A stretch of 15,764 nucleotides of DNA, from the NCBI GenBank assembly GCA_029974275.1, contig JARKSN010000110.1, positions 1 to 15,764 on the forward strand, in the 5' to 3' direction. Positions 1 through 8,426 of the stretch are shown piece by piece (position 1 is the stretch's first letter; each line of letters starts with the position of its first letter). Both the position numbers and the translations under genes were made by a program. The notes below the pieces were generated by a model. The model made no database searches. It was not told where the DNA came from and worked only from the letters and a program-made list of their open reading frames with translations. The stretch is from Candidatus Hydrogenedentota bacterium (GTDB lineage: Bacteria; Hydrogenedentota; Hydrogenedentia; Hydrogenedentales; SLHB01).

Positions 1-1
1 C

Positions 2-187
2 GAGGTCAAGGTCGGCGAGGGCATGGTGCGCTACCCCGAGTTCATCCGCCGCCTCCTCGAAATCGGCTTCGCCGGCGATCTGATCATCGAACGGGAAATC
101 TCCGGCGACCAGCAGAAGAAGGACATCGCGGCGACGGTCCGCTATCTCGAATCGCTTTTGTCGGCGGCCGTGGGGCCGAAGGAATGA
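2..187 (+). CDS. 3' end (partial) of a sugar phosphate isomerase/epimerase, xylose-isomerase-like TIM barrel
   Basis: Frame from nt 2 reads EVKVGEGMVRYPEFIRRLLEIGFAGDLIIEREISGDQQKKDIAATVRYLESLL..., TGA at 185-187. The GEG.V....(F)...L...GF.G...IERE pattern is typical of the AP_endonuc_2 C-terminus, and such genes often neighbour Gfo/Idh/MocA genes. Not in the ORF track because it is 5'-truncated. Confidence 0.8.
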   Translation, partial: EVKVGEGMVRYPEFIRRLLEIGFAGDLIIEREISGDQQKKDIAATVRYLESLLSAAVGPKE

Positions 188-250
188 AACCAACAACCGA
201 ACCGCTCCGGGCTCCCCGGAAGTTCAGCGAAAGAAAGAAGGAAGGTCGAA

Positions 251-1360
251 ATGGCTGAGAGCGTATCCACCAAAATGGAAGGCAAGCAGAAGGCGTACAA
301 GGGCAAGAAGCTCCGCGTCGCCATCATCGGGTGCGGCGGCATCGCCCAGACGCACCTGAACACGTACAAGGAGATCCCCGAGGTCGAGATCGTCGCCGGC
401 GTCGACATTCTCCAGGAGCGCCTCGACGTGATGCACGAGAAGTGGGGCGTCCCCCGCGAGGCCCTCTTCCTCGACTGGAAGGAGATGCTCAAGGTCGTCA
501 AGCCCGACGCCGTCGACGTCTGCACGCCCAACGGCGTGCATTGCGCGCCGGTCGTCGACGCCTGCAAGGCGGGCTGCCACGCCTTCGTCGAGAAGCCGAT
601 GGCCATGAACCCCGCCGAGTGCGAGAAGATGATCGCCGCGGCCAAGAAGGCCAAGGTCAAGCTCAGCGTCGGCTTCCAGTGGCGCTACACGCCGAACACC
701 AAGGCGCTGCGCGCCGCCCGCGAGAAGGGCCAGTTCGGCAAGATCATGTTCGTCAAGTGCCAGGCCCTGCGCCGCCGCGGCATCCCCAACTGGGGCGTCT
801 TCGGCCAGAAGAAGCTCCAGGGTGGCGGCCCGATGATCGACATCGGCGTGCACATCATGGAAATGGCCCATTACGTCATGGGATCGCCGAAGCCGGTCGC
901 CGCTACGGGAAATATCTGGACTTATCTGGGCGACAAGCCTTCGAAGGTTGTGTGTCCCTGGCCGCATTGGGACTACAAGACGTACACCGTCGAAGACCTC
1001 GCCATCGGTCACATTCGTTTCGACAACGGGGCCATTTTGCAGGTCGAGGCGAGCTTCGTGGCGCATATCGAAAAAGATGTTTGGAACTTCAGCATCATGG
1101 GTTCGAAGGGAGGCGCGCAGTGGGATCCGCCCATGCTGTTCGCCGACAAGAACGACACCATGGTGAACTGCGCGCCCAATTTCCTGGGGTCGGACATGTC
1201 GTTTGATGCGCTGTTTTACGCCAAGTTGCGGAATTGGATCGACGCAGCCACGAAGAACGTCCCCCTGGATGCGCCGGGCGAAGCGGGGCTCGCCATTCAG
1301 AAAATGATCGACGGCGTATACCGTTCCGCGGCCGCCGGCAAGGAAGTGATCATCAAGTAG
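251..1360 (+). CDS. Gfo/Idh/MocA family NAD(P)-dependent oxidoreductase (369 aa)
   Basis: Rossmann motif LRVAIIGCGGIA, DAVDVCTPNGVH, FVEKPMA, GGGPMIDIGVH; purine-rich SD (GAAGGAAGG) upstream. Confidence 0.95.
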   Translation: MAESVSTKMEGKQKAYKGKKLRVAIIGCGGIAQTHLNTYKEIPEVEIVAGVDILQERLDVMHEKWGVPREALFLDWKEMLKVVKPDAVDVCTPNGVHCAPVVDACKAGCHAFVEKPMAMNPAECEKMIAAAKKAKVKLSVGFQWRYTPNTKALRAAREKGQFGKIMFVKCQALRRRGIPNWGVFGQKKLQGGGPMIDIGVHIMEMAHYVMGSPKPVAATGNIWTYLGDKPSKVVCPWPHWDYKTYTVEDLAIGHIRFDNGAILQVEASFVAHIEKDVWNFSIMGSKGGAQWDPPMLFADKNDTMVNCAPNFLGSDMSFDALFYAKLRNWIDAATKNVPLDAPGEAGLAIQKMIDGVYRSAAAGKEVIIK

Positions 1361-1373
1361 AGCCGGGCGCGCG

Positions 1374-2321
1374 TCATTCGGTGAGGTACGCGAAAACGGC
1401 TTGAAGGTTGTCGTCGGGGCAGACGATCGCCGTTATCGCGATGTTTTCATCGATCACGCGCGCGTTGATCTCTTCATAGAGCCGATGGGGATCGCGGGTG
1501 CGGAAGGTGACGGCGTCGCGCGCGAAGTCCATCTGCACGATGGCGTCGTGATGCAGAAACGCCGCGGCCAACCCGCGGGGATCGGGGCAAGACACCGTGA
1601 TGGCGTGGGCGTGTTCGGCGGCGCACGGCGTCTCGATCGGACGTTCGGCGATATGGTCGCGGATTTCGTGAACGTCCCCGTGCGCCAGAAGGGATCCGTT
1701 TCGCAGCATGACGACGTGCGTGGTGACGCGTTCGATCTCGTGCAGGATGTGGCTGGACACCAGCACCGTGCGCCCGTCCCGCGCATAGTCGCGGATGAAG
1801 GCGAAAAGCTCCTCGCGGCCTTCGGGATCGAGCCCCGACATGGGTTCGTCGAGAAACACCAGGTCGGGCCGATGCGCGATCGCCTGGGCTATTTTCACGC
1901 GTTGCCGCATGCCCTTGCTGTAGCCGGCGATGCGGTCGTCCATGCGATGGTCCATGCGCAGCCGCGCAAGCGCTTCGCGGGCGGCCGATTGCGCGGCTGC
2001 GTGCGCCATGCCGTGGAACCGCATGTTCCAGTATACGAACTCGCGGCCGGTCATGCCTTCGGGAAACGCGTCGGTTTCAGGGCAATATCCGATGCGGCGC
2101 AGCGCATCGAGATTGTTGCGAGGCGCTGCGCCGAACACATCGACCGATCCCCGGCTCGGAGCGTAGAGTCCCAGCGCAAGCTTGATGAAAGTGCTCTTGC
2201 CCGCGCCGTTGGGGCCGAGAAGCCCGGTGACGCCGGGGCCGATGGCGACGGAGAGATTGTTCACCGCGACAACTTCGCCGAACCATTTCGAGGTTTCGTG
2301 CATTCGGATGACGTCGGTCAT
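1374..2321 (-). CDS. ABC transporter ATP-binding protein (ABC-2 exporter type), 315 aa
   Basis: Start MTDVIRMHETSKWFGEV at 2321 overlaps the upstream stop (ATGA). Walker A GPNGAGKST, signature YSKGMRQR, Walker B VFLDEP, H-loop SSH. The track's extension to 3137 is an alternate frame over the permease. Confidence 0.93.
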   Translation of the reverse strand: MTDVIRMHETSKWFGEVVAVNNLSVAIGPGVTGLLGPNGAGKSTFIKLALGLYAPSRGSVDVFGAAPRNNLDALRRIGYCPETDAFPEGMTGREFVYWNMRFHGMAHAAAQSAAREALARLRMDHRMDDRIAGYSKGMRQRVKIAQAIAHRPDLVFLDEPMSGLDPEGREELFAFIRDYARDGRTVLVSSHILHEIERVTTHVVMLRNGSLLAHGDVHEIRDHIAERPIETPCAAEHAHAITVSCPDPRGLAAAFLHHDAIVQMDFARDAVTFRTRDPHRLYEEINARVIDENIAITAIVCPDDNLQAVFAYLTE

Positions 2322-3190
2322 GCGGCCGCCTCCGCGCGCCGCGTCCGCAAGCACACGATCACGGCGCCTGTCACGGCGACGGCCGCCGCGAGGCTCAACC
2401 CCCATTCCCATGGGAGATCGAACATGCGGCTGCGTTGCCCAAAAAGGGCTTCGCCCACTTGGTTGATCGCGAGCGGAACCGAAAGAACGAGGCATTCGGG
2501 CTTGAAGAGGGCGGCGGCAAAGGCTCGAGGAATGATCAGATCGCCCATGAGCAGGACGAAGAGAGCCGTGGCTGCCTGACGCTGTCCATGCGACAGAGCG
2601 GAACTGGCCAGCACGGCGAAGGCTGTGGGAAAGGTCATCAGGCACGAAAAGGCGACGATCGGGCCCGCCAGCCAAGCGGTGTCGCGCAGGGTTTTCATGC
2701 CTGGCACGAGCAGATTGTGGAGCAGCAGCAGCAAAAGCCCGGGAACGAGCGTTACGCCAAGGCCGATGAGGATAAGCGCGATGGATTTGCCCAGGACGTA
2801 GTCGATCCAAGTCAGGGGTTTCGAAAAAAACACTTCCATGAGGTTGTTGCGAAAATCGTTGCAGATCATGCCCGAGCCGGCATAGAGCAGGATGACGACC
2901 ATGACGGGGCCCTCGGTGCGCAAAAAATTGAGGAACATCGCTTCGTTGATGGCCAGCGCGTCGAACTGGTTCAGCATCGCCGCGACGTTGCGGTTGGACG
3001 ATCGAAACGAATCGACCGCAATCACTTGTGCGGCGCGCAGGAGGAACAGAAGCGACGCCCACGCAAGCAGCATGAGGAAGGGCTTTGCCGCAATCAACGT
3101 GCGCAGTTCCTGCCAAACGATCGCCCGCCATCGCCACATCAAGCGGTCGTTTCCCTCGTAGCTCCGGTAGGTTTGCTCGAAAATCGGCAT
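2318..3190 (-). CDS. ABC-2 type transporter permease (290 aa)
   Basis: Start MPIFEQTYRSYEG at 3190 with SD GAGGG. Several hydrophobic helices; motif GSGMICNDFRNNLMEVFFSKPLTWIDYVLGK is typical of ABC-2 permeases. Confidence 0.9.
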   Translation of the reverse strand: MPIFEQTYRSYEGNDRLMWRWRAIVWQELRTLIAAKPFLMLLAWASLLFLLRAAQVIAVDSFRSSNRNVAAMLNQFDALAINEAMFLNFLRTEGPVMVVILLYAGSGMICNDFRNNLMEVFFSKPLTWIDYVLGKSIALILIGLGVTLVPGLLLLLLHNLLVPGMKTLRDTAWLAGPIVAFSCLMTFPTAFAVLASSALSHGQRQAATALFVLLMGDLIIPRAFAAALFKPECLVLSVPLAINQVGEALFGQRSRMFDLPWEWGLSLAAAVAVTGAVIVCLRTRRAEAAA

Positions 3191-3203
3191 GATTATGTTT
3201 CCC

Positions 3204-4172
3204 TCATGCAAGCAGCGCCGGGTTGGAAGCCTCGACCCCTTCGACGGCTTGCATGAAGGCGTCTTCGAGGCTGTTGCGCACGGCCTGGAAATGCCGGATG
3301 TGCGTGCCGCACGACCGCGCGGTTTGGAACAAAAAACGCCGGGCTCGATCCGCGTCCTGCGCATGAGGCGGCGCGGACACCCGGAGACGTCCGTTCTGAA
3401 GTCCAATGCAGGAATAGTCCGCCGCCGCGAGCCGATCGAGGAAGGCTTGGCGCGCGTCGTCAACCCGCACTTCGTACATGCCCGCCTTGAACGCGGTTAG
3501 TTCCGCCATCGCGGCGTCGCGGACGATGCGGCCTTGGACAATGATGAGCACGCGGTCGCAGACGCGCTTCACGTCGGGCAGCAGGTGCGACGAAAGCAGC
3601 ACGGTCACGCCGCGCCCATAGGCAAGGCGCCGGATCAACTCGAGCATTTCCGTGCGCCCTTCCGGGTCGAGTCCGTTCGTGGGCTCGTCGAGCAACAGCA
3701 GCTTGGGGTCGTGGATCAGCGCCTGCGCGAATTTCACGCGCTGACGCATGCCCGTCGAGTACGTCTCCATTTTGCGGTAACGGGCATCGTCCAGGCCCAC
3801 GTAGCCGAGCGTCTCGTGGGCGCGTTCCATCGCGTCGGCGCGCGACATGCCGGACAGCCTGCCGCAGTAGGTAAGGAACGACACCGCGCTGATCTTGGGG
3901 CTGACAACGTCCTTTTCCGGCATATAGCCGAGACGGCGCCGTATGGCAAGGCGGTCCCGGGGCATGTCGAGGCCGAACAACGACACGCGCCCCTCCGAAG
4001 GCCTGACGAATCCGAGCGCGCTTTTCAGGAGCGTGCTCTTGCCCGCGCCGTTGGGGCCGAGCAATCCGATGGCGCCGCGGTCCAGGCGGCAGCTCACGCC
4101 TTTCAAGGCATCGATGGCGCGGTAGCGCACGCGGACGTTTTCGAGCTCCATCACCGCGTGGACGTCGCTCAT
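3204..4172 (-). CDS. ABC transporter ATP-binding protein (322 aa)
   Basis: Walker A GPNGAGKST, signature YSTGMRQR, LLLDEPTNGLDP, LSSHLL; ATGA overlap with the upstream gene at 4169-4172. Confidence 0.95.
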   Translation of the reverse strand: MSDVHAVMELENVRVRYRAIDALKGVSCRLDRGAIGLLGPNGAGKSTLLKSALGFVRPSEGRVSLFGLDMPRDRLAIRRRLGYMPEKDVVSPKISAVSFLTYCGRLSGMSRADAMERAHETLGYVGLDDARYRKMETYSTGMRQRVKFAQALIHDPKLLLLDEPTNGLDPEGRTEMLELIRRLAYGRGVTVLLSSHLLPDVKRVCDRVLIIVQGRIVRDAAMAELTAFKAGMYEVRVDDARQAFLDRLAAADYSCIGLQNGRLRVSAPPHAQDADRARRFLFQTARSCGTHIRHFQAVRNSLEDAFMQAVEGVEASNPALLA

Positions 4173-7027
4173 GGCGCGGCCTTTACGGGCGCCTGCACCT
4201 CCAAGCGCGGCTCTCCGGAAATCCGCACGACCTGACTGTGGACGGGATCGACCTTCCGCCGCAAAAAGTCGCCGGGGCGCAGGTAGTATACGTGCAACAG
4301 AAAATCGCCGCGCGGCGCGTTCTCAATGGAGAAGGTTCCATCGCTTCCCACGACGCCGTACCCTTGGATGTTGGCGGCCGCCGAAGACGCCGCCCCTTGC
4401 GCATACCAGAGCATGGGATTGGCGAGGTTCAATCCTTGGGCTCCGTCTTCCGAAGGAATCATCAACAGCGCGACGCCCTGCACGCCGTTGCCCGGCGGCG
4501 GAGCGCAACGGCCCGCGATCAGCGTTCCCGTTTCGTGCGGCGCATCGTCTTCCTGGCCAAAATTTTGGGTGGTCGTTTGGCCTTCTCGTATGCGCACGCG
4601 GGCATGCATCGGACGGAACGCGCCGCCCGAAATGTCGTCGAGAAGCATCGCGGAAGCCAGATACTCGCCCACGGGAACGTTGCGGATGACGTACTGCCCG
4701 TTTTGGTCCGCGCTGGCCATTTCGCGGACGCTGTTTCCGGCAAGCACGATCACCGCCCCTTCCCGAATCTTCCCGTCGACGGCGACATATCCTTGCAGCG
4801 TTCCGCCTTGACCCAAGACGATGGCGACATCCGGCGCCCGTTGACCCGCCGCGACGGCGATAGGTCCCGCAGACCCCATGGCATACCCGTTCATCCGCGC
4901 CTCCAAGCGATACGATCCCTCTGCGAGACGCTCAAACGCGAACTCGCCGGCGGCGCCGCTCTCCGTTTGCTTGCCGGAAAAGGAATCCGAAGCCGCCTCC
5001 ACGATCCCCATGTACGACAACCCTGCGCGGCCGATGCGGACATTGGCCCCGGGCATCGCGCGTCCGTCCACCGAGACCACCCTGCCTCGGATGACGCCGC
5101 CACTTTGGCTCACGGGTATTTCGATGCCGGATGCGTCACGTCCGGGAACGAGCGAAACCTGCGCGCTTCCCGGCGCGTACTGCGACGCCGATGCCTCTAG
5201 CGCGTATTCTCCAGGGCTCAAGCGCAACGTGAAGCGTCCGTCGGCGTCGGTGTGCGCGACGTCGCGCGTCATCGAGGCAATGGCGAAGAAATCGGCGGAT
5301 TGTTCCAGCGGAATCGCGCGAACGTCCGCGCCGGGCACAGCATCCCCCGTTTCCCGAACCACCACGCGTCCGCTGACTTCGACATGCGCATCCAGCACGA
5401 TGTCGGTTGGCGCGTCCAACTGCACCGCATCCACGGTCTTGCCGGCGTAGCCGTCGCGCGAAACGCGGAGAAACAGACTGCCTTCCTCGATGCCGTCGAA
5501 CGAATAAAAACCTTGGGCATTGGTCGTCGCCCGCAACTCGTTCACGCTGACGGAGAAGCCCGATACGAGCGTGAGCGACACGTCGACCGCGGCAATCGGA
5601 CGGCCGAACGAATCGGAGATCGTGCCGAAAACCGTGTGCTCGCCTGACGCGATGGGAGTCAACCAAACTTCCACGCCGCGAATGTCCCGGACGCCGTCCG
5701 GACGCACAGGCTCTCCCATCAGCGCGAATTTGAACCCTTCCTTCCGCGCCAGGATTTGATATTCGCCGGACGGAAGTCCCGTCAAGACAAATTCCCCCCG
5801 CTCATCCGATCGAGCGGAGCGAATGGCTTTGGGGCTTGCCATGGGGGTCGTAAACTGGGAATAGGCGGGCAGACATGCCACGTCCGCTCCCGGCGCTACG
5901 CCGCCCCGCGTCGAAACCACCCGCCCGCTGATTGTCGTGCCAAGGCTAAGGAACACGTCCACGCGGGCCGTGCGCGCCCCATCGGTCAGGAGGAACGGAC
6001 GGCTCAACTGCGGCGCCAGCGCATCGGGCATCGCCTGGACCCGCCACTCTTTGTTCAACGGCGCGCCGATCAACTCATAGTAGCCATTCTCGTCCGAACG
6101 GCTCGATAGCGGCGGGGTGCGCTGCGCCGCAACATGAATCGCCTGCGTCAGAATGCTCTCCGACGTGCACAACAGCACATCGGAGCCCGCGACAGGCATC
6201 TTGTCCGGCCCGTATATGTATCCCCACACCGTCCCTGCGGGACGGACCACGAAATCCACATCCGTGATTTCCGCATCGGGAACCGGCACGACGATGCGCT
6301 GTGCGGGGATGCCGCCGAAAGCCAGATAGCGGCTCTGCGAAAGATCGAGCAGCACATCGTGATCGCCCGGAGCGATGCCGGAAAGAACGTAGCGTCCGTC
6401 CGACCCCGTGCGAACAGGCGACGAATGGCCGCCCGTCTTCTGACGCACCGCCACGGGCACATCGGCCGCCGGACGTCCCGTTTCCGCCTCGGTGACCCGG
6501 CCCGACACCGTTGCCCCGCGCGACAGCTCCACGTCCACAGATACCCGCCGCTGTCCCGCCGCGAACGCAATCTTTTGCGGGGCGCTATCCAGGAATCCCG
6601 CCGCACTGGCCTCGATAACATAATCAAAACCCGCCGCCGCCGTTACTTCGAAACGGCCATCCTCCCCGCTCCGTGCGCCATACGACAACGGATCGGCCCT
6701 CTCCCCGGACGCCTCCGCGCGCGCCGTCACCTTGGCATGCGGCACAGGGTTCCCCGTACGCATTTCCGTAACCCTTCCCGAAAAAAACACGCGCTCGCCC
6801 TCGGCCGGGAACGAGGCGTCATGGCCCAAATCCGCATCGACCCGGCCTCGATCGACATCGAACACGCTCGATCCTCGGTCGGAGACGTGACGCCCCTCGG
6901 GAAGCGCGGCATACGAAACCTCCGAAGTCGGGGCAGGCGGCGGCTTTCGGGGCGCGAACAAGGCCACAGCGCCCACGACAAGGGCTATCCCTACCCAGAG
7001 GAGGAGGATGATTCTGGGAGTGCTCAT
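4169..7027 (-). CDS. Membrane-anchored/exported protein of tandem carboxypeptidase-regulatory-like (CarboxypepD_reg) domains, ~952 aa
   Basis: N-terminal hydrophobic helix (IILLLWVGIALVVGAVALF), then repeated units SGRV....G.PV.GA.V ... T(D/G).(D/E)G.(F/Y).(L/F)....G.Y.L.A...G(F/Y). ATG at 7027 preferred over GTG at 7054; exact start uncertain. Confidence 0.85.
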   Translation of the reverse strand: MSTPRIILLLWVGIALVVGAVALFAPRKPPPAPTSEVSYAALPEGRHVSDRGSSVFDVDRGRVDADLGHDASFPAEGERVFFSGRVTEMRTGNPVPHAKVTARAEASGERADPLSYGARSGEDGRFEVTAAAGFDYVIEASAAGFLDSAPQKIAFAAGQRRVSVDVELSRGATVSGRVTEAETGRPAADVPVAVRQKTGGHSSPVRTGSDGRYVLSGIAPGDHDVLLDLSQSRYLAFGGIPAQRIVVPVPDAEITDVDFVVRPAGTVWGYIYGPDKMPVAGSDVLLCTSESILTQAIHVAAQRTPPLSSRSDENGYYELIGAPLNKEWRVQAMPDALAPQLSRPFLLTDGARTARVDVFLSLGTTISGRVVSTRGGVAPGADVACLPAYSQFTTPMASPKAIRSARSDERGEFVLTGLPSGEYQILARKEGFKFALMGEPVRPDGVRDIRGVEVWLTPIASGEHTVFGTISDSFGRPIAAVDVSLTLVSGFSVSVNELRATTNAQGFYSFDGIEEGSLFLRVSRDGYAGKTVDAVQLDAPTDIVLDAHVEVSGRVVVRETGDAVPGADVRAIPLEQSADFFAIASMTRDVAHTDADGRFTLRLSPGEYALEASASQYAPGSAQVSLVPGRDASGIEIPVSQSGGVIRGRVVSVDGRAMPGANVRIGRAGLSYMGIVEAASDSFSGKQTESGAAGEFAFERLAEGSYRLEARMNGYAMGSAGPIAVAAGQRAPDVAIVLGQGGTLQGYVAVDGKIREGAVIVLAGNSVREMASADQNGQYVIRNVPVGEYLASAMLLDDISGGAFRPMHARVRIREGQTTTQNFGQEDDAPHETGTLIAGRCAPPPGNGVQGVALLMIPSEDGAQGLNLANPMLWYAQGAASSAAANIQGYGVVGSDGTFSIENAPRGDFLLHVYYLRPGDFLRRKVDPVHSQVVRISGEPRLEVQAPVKAAP

Positions 7028-7194
7028 GCGTTGCCACGAACCCCAAAGCTGCACACAAGACTGCCGCGCCGCCGAACAAACCTGTGCGCTTGCGGCGGCG
7101 CCCTTCCTGCGATTATGAAGGTCGCGCCCGGACGGGTCAACCGCCGCTCATTCAAACAAAGACGATACATGACGTAGACGGCGCCACAAACAAG

Positions 7195-7224
7195 TTGCAT
7201 CCCACACAATTAGTATGCTATTCT
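7195..7224 (+). promoter_or_regulatory. Candidate sigma70 promoter for the GntR gene
   Basis: TTGCAT (7195-7200), 18 nt spacer, TATTCT (7219-7224) with extended -10 TG at 7216-7217, in an AT-richer intergenic patch. Confidence 0.4.
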
Positions 7225-7312
7225 TTGATTCGATCGCAGGACGCCCAGACAAAGCCCGGCGCAGCCGGGCAGGGATACATAAATGCATATGCAGTGAGGG
7301 AGGATATCAACC

Positions 7313-7735
7313 ATGGCGCAGCAGAACGTTACATTCGCGATAGACACCCAAAGTCCCATCGCCGTGTACGTCCAAATCGAGAATCTCATTCAGTTCGCTA
7401 TCGCGTCGGGACGGCTCAAGCCCGGAGACACCCTGCCGTCGGTGCGGGAGATGTCCTTGACGCTTGACATCAATCCCAACACCGTCACCAAAGCCTATCG
7501 CGATCTCGAGATACTCCAGCTTGTCACCACCCGCCGGGGCGTGGGCGTTGCTATTTCCGACAAGGCTCCCAAAATTTGCAAGGAAAAAACCATCGACATG
7601 GTCCGAGGGCATCTGCGCGACGCCATCGCCGAATGCCTTGCCGCAGGCCTATCCGCCGCCGACATCAACACGATGGTCAAGACCGTCGCCGCGGCGCGCG
7701 TCGCGCCGTACTCGGGCAACAAACACAAGTCCTAA
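7313..7735 (+). CDS. GntR family transcriptional regulator, YtrA subfamily (140 aa)
   Basis: VYVQIENLIQFAIASGRLKPGDTLPSVREMSLTLDINPNTVTKAYRDLE wHTH with the short C-terminal domain characteristic of YtrA; strong SD GGAGG. Confidence 0.93.
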   Translation: MAQQNVTFAIDTQSPIAVYVQIENLIQFAIASGRLKPGDTLPSVREMSLTLDINPNTVTKAYRDLEILQLVTTRRGVGVAISDKAPKICKEKTIDMVRGHLRDAIAECLAAGLSAADINTMVKTVAAARVAPYSGNKHKS

Positions 7736-7917
7736 GGGCCGAGAACACAACCCCGGAGACAAAACCCTGCGGATGCGGCCCCGATCAGCCGTTTCCCGAG
7801 ATAGACCAGCCCCCCAAAAGCACAGGGCCACAGCGGAAGGATTCTCCGCGCACGCCCCTGTTTGGGCGCGATTTCTTCCCCTTACGCCAAGACCTACGGT
7901 CAACACCGCAGCGATTC

Positions 7918-7947
7918 ATCAGGAAACAAGAATCAGGAAACAAGAAT
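7918..7947 (+). repeat. Perfect 14-bp tandem direct repeat ATCAGGAAACAAGA x2
   Basis: Copies at 7918-7931 and 7932-7945 followed by AT; directly upstream of the tRNA -35 box. Confidence 0.9.
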
Positions 7948-7948
7948 G

Positions 7949-7977
7949 TTGATTTTGCCGCGCCTGAGAGCTATGCT
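7949..7977 (+). promoter_or_regulatory. Sigma70 promoter of tRNA-Pro
   Basis: TTGATT (7949-7954), 17 nt spacer, TATGCT (7972-7977), 14 nt before the mature tRNA 5' end. Confidence 0.65.
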
Positions 7978-7991
7978 ACCCATCCTCAGGT

Positions 7992-8069
7992 CGGGGTGTA
8001 GCGCAGCCCGGTTAGCGCGCTTCGTTCGGGACGAAGAGGCCGGTGGTTCAAATCCACTCACCCCGACCA
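7992..8069 (+). tRNA. tRNA-Pro (anticodon CGG)
   Basis: Acceptor CGGGGTG/CACCCCG, D stem GCGC/GCGC, anticodon arm CTTCG-TTCGGGA-CGAAG, T arm GGTGG-TTCAAAT-CCACT, discriminator A and encoded CCA; 78 nt. Confidence 0.97.
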
Positions 8070-8377
8070 TTTTTAGAAATGAGCCCTTTGGCGAACGCGT
8101 CAAAGGGCTTTCTCATTGTGGGGGGTTAGGGTTGCGCCGTCGAGGGTAAAGTTCAAACTGATGATATCCAAGATATGGCGCTTTGCGTCCCGTTCGGCTG
8201 TACCCCATTTCTTTTGAAGCGATTGTGAACGTTCAAACGCTTTGATCGCCATGTCGCCATACTCTGCATGTCGTCGGTCGTTAACGTCGCTCAGCAGCTT
8301 TAACCGCTCAATTCTGTGTTGCAGCTGTGCGTTCTTGACCTTGAAGGCGAGCGCTCAATCTCATCGGTCAAGCGAAT
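8048..8377 (-). pseudogene. 3' remnant of a large serine recombinase (integrase) with two frameshifts, ending inside tRNA-Pro (antisense)
   Basis: Minus strand: IRLTDEIE / shift ~8350 / AFKVKNAQLQHRIERLKLLSDVNDRRHAEYGDMAIKAFERSQSLQKKWGTAERDAKRHILDIISLNFTLDGATLTP / extra base in the 6-G run 8120-8125 / TMRKPFDAFAKGLISKNGRGEWI*, stop at 8048-8050. From memory this resembles C-termini of tRNA-targeting recombinase-family proteins (..KR.IL.I..LN..LD..TL....RKPFD..A.GL). Catalytic N-terminus absent. Confidence 0.75.
8082..8113 (+). terminator. Stem-loop downstream of tRNA-Pro (probable intrinsic terminator)
   Basis: AGCCCTTTG (8082-8090) and CAAAGGGCT (8101-8109) form a perfect 9-bp inverted repeat followed by TTCTCATT; the U-tract is weak. 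Confidence 0.5.
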
Positions 8378-8426
8378 CTTGTAATGTCGTTGACTGCTCT
8401 CAAGCGTATGGTCTTAGCGGTGAATA

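Noticed and set aside
142..1206. ORFs 142..660(-), 224..1066(-), 331..1206(+)
   Set aside because: Shadow frames of the high-GC3 oxidoreductase; no motifs.
2322..3137. 272-aa N-terminal extension of the ABC ATPase in the 587-aa track ORF
   Set aside because: Overlaps the permease in another frame; the ATGA-coupled start at 2321 gives a normal-sized ATPase.
1401..7177. Long plus-strand ORFs (1401..2579, 2435..3256, 3534..4235, 4238..5200, 6134..7177)
   Set aside because: Antisense shadows of well-supported minus-strand genes in GC-rich DNA.
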